Source of the DNA: Catajapyx aquilonaris
Lineage: Eukaryota
NCBI GenBank assembly: GCA_000934665.2
Contig: JYFJ02000322.1
Location: 62,001-126,000, forward strand
Length of the DNA: 64,000 nucleotides
Direction of reading: 5' to 3'
A program made the position numbers and the translations under genes. This document shows, in pieces, positions 42,401-56,600 of the stretch (the first letter of the stretch is position 1; each line of letters starts with the position of its first letter). The notes below the pieces were generated by a model, which was not told the origin of the DNA, searched no databases, and was given only the letters and a program-made list of their open reading frames with translations.

Positions 42401-45400
42401 TTCTGAGAGATAATGGGGGTGCACATGACATGAGGACAATGCGGCGTAGGAAATGTCAATGTGCACTAGTGCACAGGTGTGGAAGAGGTGAAATCAATGC
42501 GACGCGACAGCATGTATAGGACTACACTAATACTCTCGGTATCAAGTGACTCTACATTGTGCCTGGGACAATAACACTGTGATGCAGCATCACGATGAAA
42601 ACGACAAGAAATGACATGTGAGAGTATTAATTACCTTGAATGATTACACGGCCTCGGGATGAGCTGACATGAACTTCCTTGGTCAGTCGATGAAGAGTCC
42701 GACACGAGTAACTCTTATATCCGTCGCTTGGACTAGCTGAGTAGATGAAGAGGTCACCGTTGGGAAGCACTGCGTATTTCACTCCTAGAAAAAAATGACA
42801 TATATTTTTAAAATGCTAAAAACAGGCAGTATAGTGCAGACATGACAAAGTGAGCTGTTTGATATTTGCTGACTCGCACATCCATCCCTCTTCATTCCAG
42901 CCCAGACCTGCTTCGCCCCCCATAGTTTATTATGTTCAGGCGAGAACGGATCTTGCAGATAATGCCACTAGATATAGTCACTATGCTCCGCGCTTCCAAA
43001 CTCACCTCATGACGATCAATTTCTAAGATACATTATCAGTAATCAACACAAGAAAAGCCATCCATTCGTCAGACTTCAGATAATATTTGTTGGTTAAAGA
43101 CATGGGTACGTCACAAAATCGAGAGAATAGACTCAGAAAAAAAGATGATCTCAAAAATGGTTGTGGAGGAATAATCAGATGCATGGTAATGGTGTTGGAG
43201 ACCAGAAGGGCCATCACTTCTGAACGTCTTTCAGTCTGAAGGATGTGAGGCTCTGTCGAAAAAAAAGGCTCTCGGTCCATTCAAATGAGGTGCCGGTTGG
43301 GTTCACACCATATTGCCAAACTCAATCGACTCCCAACCTTTCCATCTCCCTACCACTTCAAAAAATGTCCGCTTTGAAGTCTCCTTTTTTTCCCCACCCT
43401 CCTCCCCAAACCAGAACAGTAGGATCAAGTGGGCGGCATTTGACAGACTCGAGTTAAGATGAGAGGAATTTACCATCCACTCTATGAACCTGACGTTTTT
43501 TCTGATTCCACTGATCAGCAGAAGATTCTGATCAATTCGCATTGTGAGGTACTCGTGATGGAAAGGCATTGAATTTATGTATAACTAACGCACCAACGAA
43601 CTTTCTGCTTCATATAATGTAGAGATGTCTGTCTGTTGGCACGAGGTGTCACTACCTCTAAAGTCCTCAGTTCGAGGCCTGGACCGGGCACGCATTCCTT
43701 TTTGATGCCAACTGCTTGGCTTGAAATGGACCCTCAGGAGATAGACCGGGACCTCTCCCTTTTCTTTGTCCCCTTCTCCTGTTTCTGGGTCCCAACTCTC
43801 AACAGTGGGTCCTCTTTCTCTCTCTCCCTCCCTCCCTCCTTCTCTCTCTCTCTTCTCTCATGCGAGAGACAGGCACACCTCTCCACTCTTCACGCTTCCC
43901 CGGCGAGTTAGAGCGAAGTTTGCCCCCGCGTTTCACGCTGAGCTTACCTCGGATTCCGCAGGTTTTCCCTGCAAGCGAATTTTCTATGGAGGTGGGCCAA
44001 TGGGTTTGTGCCTGCGGTTCCAGACGGCTAACCTTACCAGCAGCTAGGACCCACCGACCTCATCCAGAAACCCTGGCCTCTTAAAAGGATTTCTTCAGCC
44101 TCTTGTATGTATACAGGAGCCCTACCCTCTCTCTCCATCTCTCCATTACTGCAACCCAAATAGCTAACACTGCTCATTTTGACAAGTGCACTACGGTTGA
44201 AAACATTTTGACGCTACAGTACAGTGCAGTGCCTGAGGGTCTTTCCGTGATAATCTTATCACTTATGAAATGTGTGGTCTACAGCATTTATTACCACACT
44301 CTGGCTATTTATAGTATTAAAATCGTAATGGGTGTGTATGTATACGCCTTCTCATTGGTCCTCATATTGTTACCGCGACGCTTCTGATTGGCCCGCCGCA
44401 TTTGTTACTGCGACGCGTCTGATTGGCCCGCGTTCTACGCATGCGCAATGGGTGGAGACAGCGCCTCTGGAGGGCGGGAGGAAGAACTGTCCATTCGTTC
44501 GCTGACGGCCGGAGGGTATACTTTGCTGCCCCCACGACGAAGCTATTAGCAATATGGCATCCAACAATCTGTCACTGAAACATATTGCTTCCATTCAAAT
44601 TCGGTCACCCAAAAACTCGGAAAAAAGAGGCCAGCGACTTGTAGTGTGAGCAGCTGAGCACAATTTAGCCCATGACCTGCGGAAACAAGGTTGCGCTAAT
44701 GCACATCATGGATCAATGGACAGCTCCACATAATTTATGCAACCGACTCAGCCGCCGCCGCCATTTACAGTAAAAGGGAAATGATCCCATCCAGCGAGTG
44801 TCCGATTAGTTTAAAGTGCTTCAACCAGGCTGTGGGACCATAAGGCGATCTACTATCGCCCGGGCAAGCCTGGGCTATGCCAACACAACACTCGTATTTT
44901 CATAGACATGTAATCCCCCCTGCGTTATGGCTAGTCCAGCAAGTTCCCCAGCAGCCACAAACATGTAGTTTGACGTGATAAGATTCAGTAGAGGAAGGCT
45001 GCTTAGGCAGGTTTGCAGAGATAAACCGCCGTCTCGAGGCCCTTCAAAGCGCCGGGAAATTAATTCGGCGGAAGTTTTCAAATACCACCCAGGCGTGGTT
45101 TAATGAGTCTTCCTAGTAATTAAGTCTGAGGCGGCCGGAGGGGTATAGGAGGGGAAAAGGGACGGATGAGACGAAGGCGGGGGTAAAAGGTATATAGGAG
45201 AAGCAAAGGATGCTGCTGGAAGATTGAACAAAAAAAATTGTATTATATGAGAGAGGCAAAAGGGGGGGGGAAGGAAGTCTGTAAGAAAAGGAAGTGGATG
45301 TTAGTTGCGACGGGACTTGATGGATAAAGGGGCTCAGAGTGATGAAATTCTCCTTCGGCACGCTAGCCCACCTGGCTTCAGGGAAAAGGTATACACTCGG

Positions 45401-48400
45401 CAATACATCCAAGTTCCCCTAGGATCTTGTTCTGAGAGAGACCGAGGGCTTCAGACGCTTTTAAAGGCTTTGATACAAGTGTGTGGTAGGCACAGAGCGA
45501 CGTCTTTGCTTTACATTTGCTTGGTATACAGTATTTTTAAAAAAACTTAACCTGGAGCTATTTCACCTTGCCAAAGTACTTTTCCAGCACCATGATGTAT
45601 AAATAATATTGGCTTATTTCCCTTCATGAACCAGTACTTGTTACCTGTTTAAAAACCAGCCGCTTTTTTCCTATAGTGTTTGAAATAATATTGAAAAATT
45701 CCGGACTTGAAAGTTGCTAATTTTACCAATTTTCTGCCTCGCATGCTACCAATCTGAGAGTGTGTAAAAAAATGGGCGTCTCATTTGCTGCTGGAGGGCA
45801 TGCACTGAAGTGACATCATTGCATGAATTTTTTAATTGCAGTAAAATATTTAATGACAGCTGCGTAAACTAGTGATTAATATTTTATATTTATTTTCATT
45901 CTATTTCGAGCCTAGGTAGACCATTCTGCAAATCGTAAATTTTTAAATAAATGAAAGTCGTGTAATTGTCACGGCATAGCATGTTCTTCGGGCAATACAT
46001 ATTTTATGTCCAATTCAAAAGGGCTTTGTGAAAATATTAAGTGCATTCAGGCATTTAAAATTTTTTGACATTTGTGTGCATATTGCTATAAATATGTTAA
46101 CGCCCCAGCTTTTAATTAACTAGAGTTTCATGTATCGCTGATAACTCCGGTTTATTAAAATATTGTGCTGTGAGAAAAGCTCAGTTTTCACCTGCATTAT
46201 TAGCACAACCTCTACCGAAAAATTAAATTGTTCCAGGCAAAAACCTTCTTTTGCTTCAATGGGGCTGCCTTCTCTGTTGTCCTAAGCAACCGGCGTAAAA
46301 CATGTCTTTTCCGGCGCAACGGCTGTAAATTCATTGAAAGAGTGGCGCAAATCACAGATCCGTACAAATCAGGCTCAAGGGATTTAATGGCTCAATTTAC
46401 TGACTATACTGCCATTATTACCGTTCCCTCACAAAACAGGCCGAAATGGCAAGTTCACACAACGTTTCCTGCTGTACAGCTAATTGCACGCGGTCCATAT
46501 TGTAGACCGTTGTAAACTTTTTAAAACTGTCAGTATTGCTGTATACTTCTCGCCAAAACTTGATCAGCAAATTATTCTGCACTGCGGGCTTATAGTCTCG
46601 GGCGGTCTATCTAGCACAGTGACACTCTGGCACACAGTTTAGTAATATATTATACATGTGCACATTGCCATTCCATATACGCAGCGTGACAATGCATATT
46701 TCATTGCCGTTATTGAGGGGGGGCATATTTCGTGTTCGAAGCGGGGACATTTTCCTCTTGTGCCTGGTATGAACAAAACAAGCTTATGGAGTGCACTCGA
46801 GCGCATAACTGTCATGGCAGTCAAATTACTATTAGTTAAACTATTCGATAATTATAATTTAATAAACGGGGACGCTGTATACCAGCCTATAGTGAGCAAA
46901 AATCCATCACTATATAGAGAGGGACCTGTAATAGACGCGTTTCCAACTAACTCGACAGCTTCCTACAGTGCAAGGCTCTCCATCCATAGAAATCCATATG
47001 ACTGAAGAAGACATTAGGATCAGCATTCTGACTGTGCTGGTGTAGCGCCAGTGAATGAGAGCAAGGCGGAGAGCTTGGTCAAATTGATGAGATTTTCTCC
47101 AACGGCCCCCTCTGGGATAGAAATCAGAGGATTACTTGGTGGGTTGTCGTCATGCCAAGCACCTCCGCGTATCACTTCCCATCAGAGACGTAGAGTTTCA
47201 ATTTGGTTTGCTCCGAGTGATGAATTAGCTCGCTTCTCTTCATTCCACCCCCGGTTTTTCTCAGAGTCTTAAGTCCGACTCTTTTACGCGCCTTTAATTG
47301 ATCGGAGGGCGGCGCAAATGAAACCCAGGTATAGATACTTTTCATTGGTTTATTTATCACCCTCTGCCCTTCTCCAAAGAAACGGAGATAAAAAAGAGAG
47401 ACAGACCTAGATCCGTAGAAAGCTCCAGGATTATCCTATCTTTCACGGAACGGCTGCTTCAGTTGGTCAAAAAATGTTCCGGACAAATGTTAGCGGCACT
47501 GACTTTCAAAGATATGTCGCTTTGAAATGTTTCAGGTAAGGACTTTAATTGCATAAGCTTATTCTCTCATTCTGATGTTTGTCCGACCTGAGAGTAATCG
47601 CTATCTCTCGCACGACCCTGTGGCAGGAGTGTGCAAAGGCAGTGTGCGCCATCTATGCGTGAATAATAGTACTTACGTGGTAAATCGGCGGGCGATCTCA
47701 TTAAAATTGTTTGAGTGTCACTGTCAGGTTTTGCCCAATTTTAGCAAAGGGTTCACTAGTGTTTACGAAGCTCTCTTGTAACGATATGTCTCTTCCCAGT
47801 TTAGCCTTACTCTGCACAAAACTTGTGACTGACTCGGACAAAATACCAGGCTGAGATCCGGGAGAAGGGGTTTTTTAACTTCAGTGTTAGAACACGGCAG
47901 CAAAGCAAGCGTTTCAGAATTTAGTGTCCCTGGGTTCGGTTCCAAGGCGGAATTAAATATCGAAGGCGGACTGGGAGGAGGCGGGCGCAACCTCACGAAT
48001 CGAAATTACTCCACTCGGGCTGCCAAAATGGCCCCCTTGAATCCAAAGGGGACTCATTCCCAAAGTCAGCGCCGCTTTTCCTTCCCCCTTTGGTATAACC
48101 TATGGTATATCCAGCCAGCCCAAACAAATGTGACGTTTGGGACACCATTTTTTTCAGTCCTTGCATGACTCACCTGTATAAGTGTTGGGGTAAATGTTGA
48201 CCGTGTTGTCCTGCACCCATGATGTCACCATGACGTATTCAGCGACGTAACTTGGTACGTGGCACCTGCACAAAAAAAAAATGAAGTGAAATGAATGTTG
48301 CGAATGGCTTATTGAAAAATCGTGGTAATCTGCAGCTAACAGTTGAGTAAAACGCGGGCGATGGCATGACATAAACCATCACAGCAGAGTTTATCAACTG

Positions 48401-51400
48401 GGGGCTGCTTGCTTTAATGGCGAGTGTCATGTATGTATATGGGATGATCGTTATTGGCTGTCTCGACCTAGGCTAGAATCACAGGACCGGAACTCTAGAT
48501 ATTTAGGCAGACAATATTATTCAAATATTCGACTTTTTTCCTGAAATGTCGGTTAGCAATCAGATGAAGCTTCAAAACTATATCAAAATGTCGTAATTGC
48601 AAAATATTTTAGTGCACTGCAGTATTTTTTCGCGACATCTTTCGTTCTTATTTACTGTGTCAACAGATCCAATTTCGATTTCCAGAACCTACAAAGTGGA
48701 TAATTGGATGCCATGTTTGCTTTCTCTATACCTCCCATTGTTTTCTCGACATCGCAGACCGCAAGGAGTGTACTTAAAATCGGTGATCGATATAAGTATA
48801 AGAAGATCCAAGACAACACCTTTATGGCAGACAGCCCTTTTCAAAAACACGTCTCTCTCGAAGGCACATTAGAGCTGGTAATTTGTAATATGAACCACTA
48901 CTTCTGCTAACCTGAATATATTTTGACACACAAAGTGCTTTTACTACAGTAGGTCAAGGTGCTAGTCTACTACTATACAAACACATTTCAGGTGAATGAT
49001 ATAAATTTATGTAAGACGTTACAGTGCTCCTTCATAACGTAGCCTGCTATAGTATGCACATGCAAAAGTTCATAGATCTGTTCAATAGCCCGCAGCACTT
49101 CCTGAAATATCTTTGAAAATATTTATAAGCCCGTACTTTTTTTTCCTTTTGAATATTTTCCTTTCAAGAAAAAGGTCATCATCTCATCGCAATTCATAAC
49201 GCATGTTGTCCTCTGAAGACTGACTTTATTCTTGGCTTGTCCTATCGCCTTTTCTTGCGGGCAAAGGACCTGGCCACGCGCCAACTCGCTGCCCCCAGGA
49301 ATTTATTTCTGATATAACTCTCTGACTTCAATCTCCGGCTCGACATATTATTTTCATTACTATCGTGATGCTTCAGTGCTCTCCAGTCTGCAACCTTGTC
49401 ATATATTTTTGTACTGCTCGAAAAGCAGGAATATAGGGTACGTAATTGCCTTTAAAAAAACTAAATTCTTTGCCTTATATAGGATCTCCTAAGATAAGGG
49501 CAGTACAGATAGTTCAACCTTTGAAGTCAAGGGCAGCACAACTCAATTCACCTTAAGCCTAAAGAAGACATAACAATATCTCGTAAGGAAACTGAATTTT
49601 CGACTCCTGTACTGTATACGGTTACAGACGTACTTAGAGCATGACCTTTTTTTGTTTAGAGGCTCAAAAAATTAGTACGTTAATAATTTCGTATTCGTAT
49701 ATTATTTACCACACTGTGTGTGTGCCGAAATGTAACATGATATGTATTGTAATTTCCATAGCAATATTACTGCAGAAGTGGATTTACCCTTTTTATCTCA
49801 TTTCATTTCAAGATTATCAAATTCAATTGCTGCATAAAAATTCAGTAGCCTACACTGAGCATGAGTAATCTTTTCTGCCATACAATGTACTCATTATTTT
49901 TGTATGCCAATGATGAAATGTGCAAAGCACATATTGGCATGCATGATATGTTGTTTTAATATTGAAACTTCATCTGCAGGTCCTAATAATAAAATTTATT
50001 TATATCCTTGTTATAGCTAGGCACGCTAAAATATTAAACGGCAATCAATATGGACAAATCCATCGACTGATGACCTCCAGATGCTCTACTATATAAACAA
50101 ATGGCAAGTTTTTAGCGCGTAGCCTCTTAACATGTCACTGCACATTATTCCTAGAGGTGTAAAAAAGCTATCATTAATATCGTCTAAGTGAAGCTTATGG
50201 CAACATGAATAATCTCATCCTTATGAGGTCAGACCCTCCAGAGAATTATTCTCCTGAGGAGTTCGCCGCAGACTTCCGGAGTCCAACCTTGCAGCCCTCC
50301 TTATAGGTACTCATGCAACGTCAATCTAGTACCTTTCGAGATCATCTAGGTCTAACGCATGAAGTCAAAGCTTCATCTAGATCTTCTTAACTAATCCGTC
50401 CTAGTCTTTAACAATTAATTACGCATTAACTCTGGTCGAATCTATCCATTTCCCATAAAGTGATGACTTACTCATTAAATGTGTACGGTTTTTCAAAAAA
50501 ATGCAGCACTCCTTACAGCATCATTTGTTTCTCGTTAGTGAGACAGATCTTAAGCTTGTTTCATTTCAAGTATGTTTTGATAACAAGAAAGACACCAAAA
50601 GCCCTAATGCTTGGATTTAAGTCCCTTGTGAACCGCAACACTCTCATTCTCCGAGAGATAACCGCGGAATAAGGCGAGAAACACTTCCAACAAAATGTGA
50701 AAAGCCCGCTTAAAGCGTATCCTTCTCATCAATCAGGTAAGACATGAATTTATATTAAAGGAAAACCACAAATAGTATAAGCATTGGTGATACATGATCA
50801 GATTTTTTTTTAAATGTACGTTGATGCAACAAGGGCTACATCGTTTGATTCTCAGGTGGCTATGCTAACTGCAGCGTAACTTTCAGGTGCTGACTGGTGT
50901 GCTTTTAATAATAGACAGAATGCGAGGGATCAAGTACTGCCAAATTCCATCATGATCAAAATTTTATTATGATCTATCGATTTTGCTGCATTCCCAGCAT
51001 GGTTTTGGACTGCAGTACTTGCCACGCATAATATAACAGCCATCCCACTTGGCTGGGTAATATGTGGACGTCACACACAAAACAGGACCAAAAAGGATTC
51101 TTCGGATATTTTCTTTTACCTGGGATGTAACCAAAGTGGCCGTCATCACGGGAGGAATTTTCGCAGAATCTTTTTAATAAGTTGGTAAAAACCCGCTGCC
51201 TTTCATGTGCATGTTGCGACTAACAATAACACTAATAGGTGATAATTCGGGTATGCTATTAAAACGGGGCTTAACAAAACGGAAATTTCACATAAACAAT
51301 ACTTAACTGATCGCTGCATGTGTCGTCCCTTAAATTTCAGCATTATTACAATGAGCATAAACAAGTGCCATTGCAATTATTAGAGTGCCATTGATATTTC

Positions 51401-53573
51401 ATAGCTGCGCACAATATTATTTACAGGTAATTGGAAAGCAGCCCAATTTAAATGTGGCCCACGTGGCCGCTATCTGTTGTGCAATGCCACATACCATGCA
51501 TCATTAGTGGGTTATTCTAAAATAATATAACCGCATATAGATCAATACTGTAATCAACTCTATGGTTAACTGGCAACTATTTAAAAATAGCTACCATTGG
51601 TTTCCCTCAGTATACCAGTATGTTACTTGAATATAGTTTGATAAATTAAATTCATTGCACCTGATAGAAAAATTATTTCAAAATTTTCTTATGCAAGACT
51701 GTATTTTAATCATGGATGCAGTGATGCAATAACTTTTCGGAAAGTCCTGCGCTGCATACCCGCAGAACACATTGTTATTTGAAATTGTACTGTAGTCACA
51801 CTAATCAAAACTTTCAGAAAGTAAGCTGCACGCCTGAATTCCGACGACGCTATCATTAAAATCTAATTTACTAACGTGAATTAGTAGTTACAGTCTTACC
51901 TAAGGACGGCAGTATTTTCACTGATGACGTGCTCGTCGTATACATCCACGTCGAATTTTTGCTTCACCACTGGAATAGACAAAATTCAATCATTATTATT
52001 GCGTGTTTGTTATAACTCTAGGTGATTGATTACACTTTGCTATGTGTGCAGTACAGTATATAATACACTGGGCGCAGCAGGCATTGTTTCATACCAGTTC
52101 TCTCTAGAGTACAAAAGGGGCGCGTGTTATCCGATAAACTTGGGAGATCCGAGCTCCTCTGGTGTATAGGTTTCCGCGGCAACTCCGGTTCCCTCTTGTC
52201 AATGTGAAGATGACGAGTGACAGCCACCGCACAAATTCTGACGGTTCAGTGTCACGCATCATAATAATATCGCGTTATGCTTTTCCCCTAAAGAGTTCCT
52301 ATTGAACCATTTGCATTACCCGAATGTTTGAAACTACAGCATGATGAGTTTTTTTCTCCATTGGGAGATACTGCATTTGTTATCATTATTATTTAAATTC
52401 TAAAAAAATGTGCGGGTAATTAATAATTACTCCATATAGATAAGCCTGTCGCTGAATAACCAAGTTACCATTACGCTTCACACAGAAATAGCCAGCTTCG
52501 CATTGTTCAAGGGAACAATGCCCTTTACTGATCGATCGGATAATGTCGTTTTATTCATTTTACCATAACAAAAATATGTAGAAAATCCTCATTAATTTTT
52601 GCAAACATTTCACACCCTGCGTTAATGACATTATACGTGCAGCCGCGTCTATTCATCAAACAATATGCGCAGGACAAGTCCGTGACGTATTGTAGCGTCA
52701 GCACGTTTAACCATTGTCATATTGCTTTTTATCTGATCAACCGTGATGACTTGAAATTCATCGGGCCATGAATTTTCAGTCCGGATTATTACACCCGCGA
52801 CGCCGGTTGCAACTTTTCCCATTGTTATTATATCCCTCGATAAGATCGAAAGCAAAAGTAAACCTTAACTCGTGTCGCTTCAACTGGAAATGACGGTTTG
52901 AAATCGAGATGGAAATGTGCAGCACATATTACGAGAGACTCGAGTTTATTGATCAGAGAGTAAGAATAATAAAAAAAGATAGAGAGGCGCTAGAGGAAGA
53001 CAATTTCGGATGCAATCCTCGTGGCTCTGGGTGTATGAAAGCGGCGGGTCTTGAAAATGGAGAGAGGGGCATGAGACCTTGTGACACTGTCAAAGGAGGT
53101 GAGGCTTTCAATACGTGCAAACTAGGCTCTGAAATTCAGACCAGAAATGATCATGAAAATCAACTTGGGCCCTAGAGTGAAAATCACAATTTTTCAAATA
53201 CTTTTCTGCCCAGTTTAAGACACAGCAACAATTCATTTTTGCCAGCATAAATAATGACAAATATTTGTGTACATCGTCTTTAAAATTATTTCATTCCTCA
53301 TCAAGAGTCCCATCGGGTGCAGTCATATTTCTTTTTGGCACTGCAATACATGCAGCACGATTTGTCTAGCACTCGAAGAATCTGGCTACTTGTGCAGCAG
53401 TGGAGAGGGAAAAAAAATCAATATTGCGTTGCGATGCTGGTGCCGTGGTCTGTGGCTTATTTCAGTATGGATCTGTTGCCCTCACCAAAAAAGGAAGCAT
53501 CTGACCTCAAACCACCATAAAAAATAATTCCAGAGCCAAACGTCCATTCGCAAAATAATTTGAAAACTGTCCA

Positions 53574-53644
<71 letters not shown>

Positions 53645-56600
53645 GTGTGTTGTGTTGGGAGGGAGTAAAGTGGAGTAATTAAATTTCACGCTTCAAGGTG
53701 CTGGCTTTTCTCTCCCGTCGAGCGTCCATCCCGTCAACTGAGCAATAAGGGATAGAAGACGAAGCAAAAGAAAAAGAAGTGAGGAAAAAAAAGAGAGATG
53801 AGAAAGAGGGAAAAAAGTTGGAAGGAAACCCTTCCAAAAAGTGTTCGTGATGGATGAGGTGACGGGAAGTGGGGCCATGTAGTTCATGTCGCTACTCTCC
53901 TGGGAATTAATCTATTTTTATGGATGGCTGGTGTTTCCACGTACTTTTACTCGCTTATTTTTTTTTCTCCGGGTGCTTTAATTACAGTTTATTATAGCTT
54001 TCCGCAAGAAAGGAAAGGTATCTTAAATATTATATAGTAAGAGAAGAAAAAAACCATATGGGCAGTTATAAAAGTGGGCAAATGAGATTTTCTTGTGTCT
54101 GGTGCTGAAAGTTTGAAAAGTACTTCGGAAAGCAGTAAATTATGATTTTTTACGCTATTGCATTATGCAAATGTGACTTTACGGTAGTAATATTTCAGTA
54201 GAATCTTTCTATAAATGATAAAGAATTTCGCAATATTTCTTGTAAGGTTCACGAAGAATTTATGTAATTTTCCTGCCAATTATTGCGCTTGTAATAGTTG
54301 TTGAACCCTTCGTACATGTAGTGGAATGAAAGTGACAAAGAGCAGCATTTTGTACTTGGATGTAATAGCAATGTTACTACCGGTTACTGCCATCAGTAAC
54401 AATAATATCAACCTCAGCAAATAAACAGGGTTATATAGGAACTTAACCCACTGTTGAGCTACACGTGCTTGATAAATTGGTCATGTTCCGTCAATAAATT
54501 CTCCCCCAGTTTGCTTTCAAGAGTGCAATTTGTCTTGATCAAGATCGGAATTCCTTCCGGACATTATCAACTACCAAAATAAATAATTAATTATCTTGAA
54601 AATGTGGCATAAAACATTAGATTAATATTCTAGTGTCAGCTGAAGCCTGTCACTATCCTGACATCGTGTCTTCCCCGTTCTAAAATAATTACGCCCTGCA
54701 GGGTTTTTCTAAGTTTCTGACTGAAAATCTGAACCTTAGCGTTAACTCAAATACTTTCTGAGCTTTTTTTTCGAGGGAGGGGCACAAAGAACGCGAGCTG
54801 TGCCGCACATTTAGGAGAACCACAAATCTGCAGAAAACCCACTTGTCTCCTTTTGTTTTTCTTCCCCTCTCACGTCTCATATTGTCCCATGAGAATTCTA
54901 CTCAAAAAAAGTAGAAGCTTGAACGCGTTTTGTTTCTTCAACTAGAGAAAAGCTGCATTCCAGAGCCGCCTTGTATTCAAAGGCATGCAAAAGTGGAAAG
55001 AAAAAGAGAGGAGAAGCAGAGAGAGGGTGGGATGGAATTGTGCTTGAATGTTCTTCTGTGAAGAGCTTTTTCTCCTTTCCCCCCATTTTCCACTATCCTC
55101 CTCCAGACTCCAGTAAAAGATGTGACAATGTCGTCTCAACCCCCCAAAAATACGGTTGCTCAAAGTTAACATGTTGCCTGAGTTCATGTTGCCTAAAGTT
55201 AACATGGTTCTCAAAGTTAACTTGTTGCCTAAACTGAACTTTAAAACACGAAGCAATGCATTTCACTATGTAGAGTGAGTATGACGATATGTTGATTATA
55301 GAGTACGTGATGGGGCTTTACTGGAATTTCAAAAACCGGAGCGGTGGCTCTTGTGATGTCAAAGTCCTGTTGGAGCTGTGACAAACCGTCGACGGCTCTC
55401 AACGGCGGCACGGTGGTTCCAAGGGAATGTGACAGTTTGGCTTGTGACACAGCACAGTTTGGTTATGTGGTGAGAGAGCAGTAGGCCTACTTTGATGCCT
55501 GTACCACAAGCGCCCCTTCAGCAATGTTCGTGTCGTTTCTCCCGCGAATTTATTGGCTTCGAAGCTGTAAACAGAGTTTATGTACAATCTGGGGTGAGAG
55601 GGGGGGGGGGGGTGTTCCACTGGGATGCATGGTTGGAAGGTATAAGGTCCAGGTGCTGAATCTGTTAGCAATTAAGTAGAACATGTGTATTGAGACAAAC
55701 GCTCCAGTGCAATATCCTGGTTAACGAAATATTGCAAAAATGAAAATAAATAAATGGAAAAAATGGAATTCGTAAATCGGGCTTCGTAAATCAGATAGAA
55801 ATTTCCATTTTCAAGAAAATGTATGTCTAAAAAAATTAGCGATTCTTTTGATCGTGCCTGCTGCAGAATCATCTTCATTCCTGAACCGCGCTCAATCAGT
55901 CTTGGGCCCCAGCCACTTCTTGGAATCAACAAGGAGAATCTGAGGGTCCCTGCCGATTTTAGCTCACCTCAAAAGCGTTATCACAAAATCAACACTGCTT
56001 CCGGTTCGATTCACGCACTCAACTACTCGTCGAATATAATGCAGTCTCTATCTCGCGAAAAAGTGCTCCATTTCTTCTCATACAAAAGTAATCACAAATA
56101 TCAACATGTTATTACAAGTTAGAATTACATTTAGATTACAGCAGTACTGAACTGCCCAATTCCATTGCAAAAATTAACTTATGGATTGTTTACTGTAGCT
56201 TTTGAGTAATTTAGTGTGCTAATGCAATGAATGTTTATAACAAAATCACTACTATGTTCCGCCCAAATTTTCCTTGGGGCATGGTGCATCGAACTCACCG
56301 TCAGTAAAAACTAATCCGGCCAGATTACTGCTTGTTATTAATATTGTTGGTTAGTTTATGGCAGTTTTTGTTTTACAGACGAGTGAGTTCGATACTCCCA
56401 TCTCCAAGGCCTGAAGCTGTATATTTTAAAAGCTGTGTGTTATTTGTGGATATTTTATTGACGGCAAAAATTATTAACACGCCATTCAGATTCCGCTATA
56501 AATTTTGCGTATATTATAAACCCTTCCAACAAGCTGCAGGGTTCAAAATAACAGTAAGCTTCCCTCTGATTTCGACGCCTTGAAAAATATGTTGACAGAG

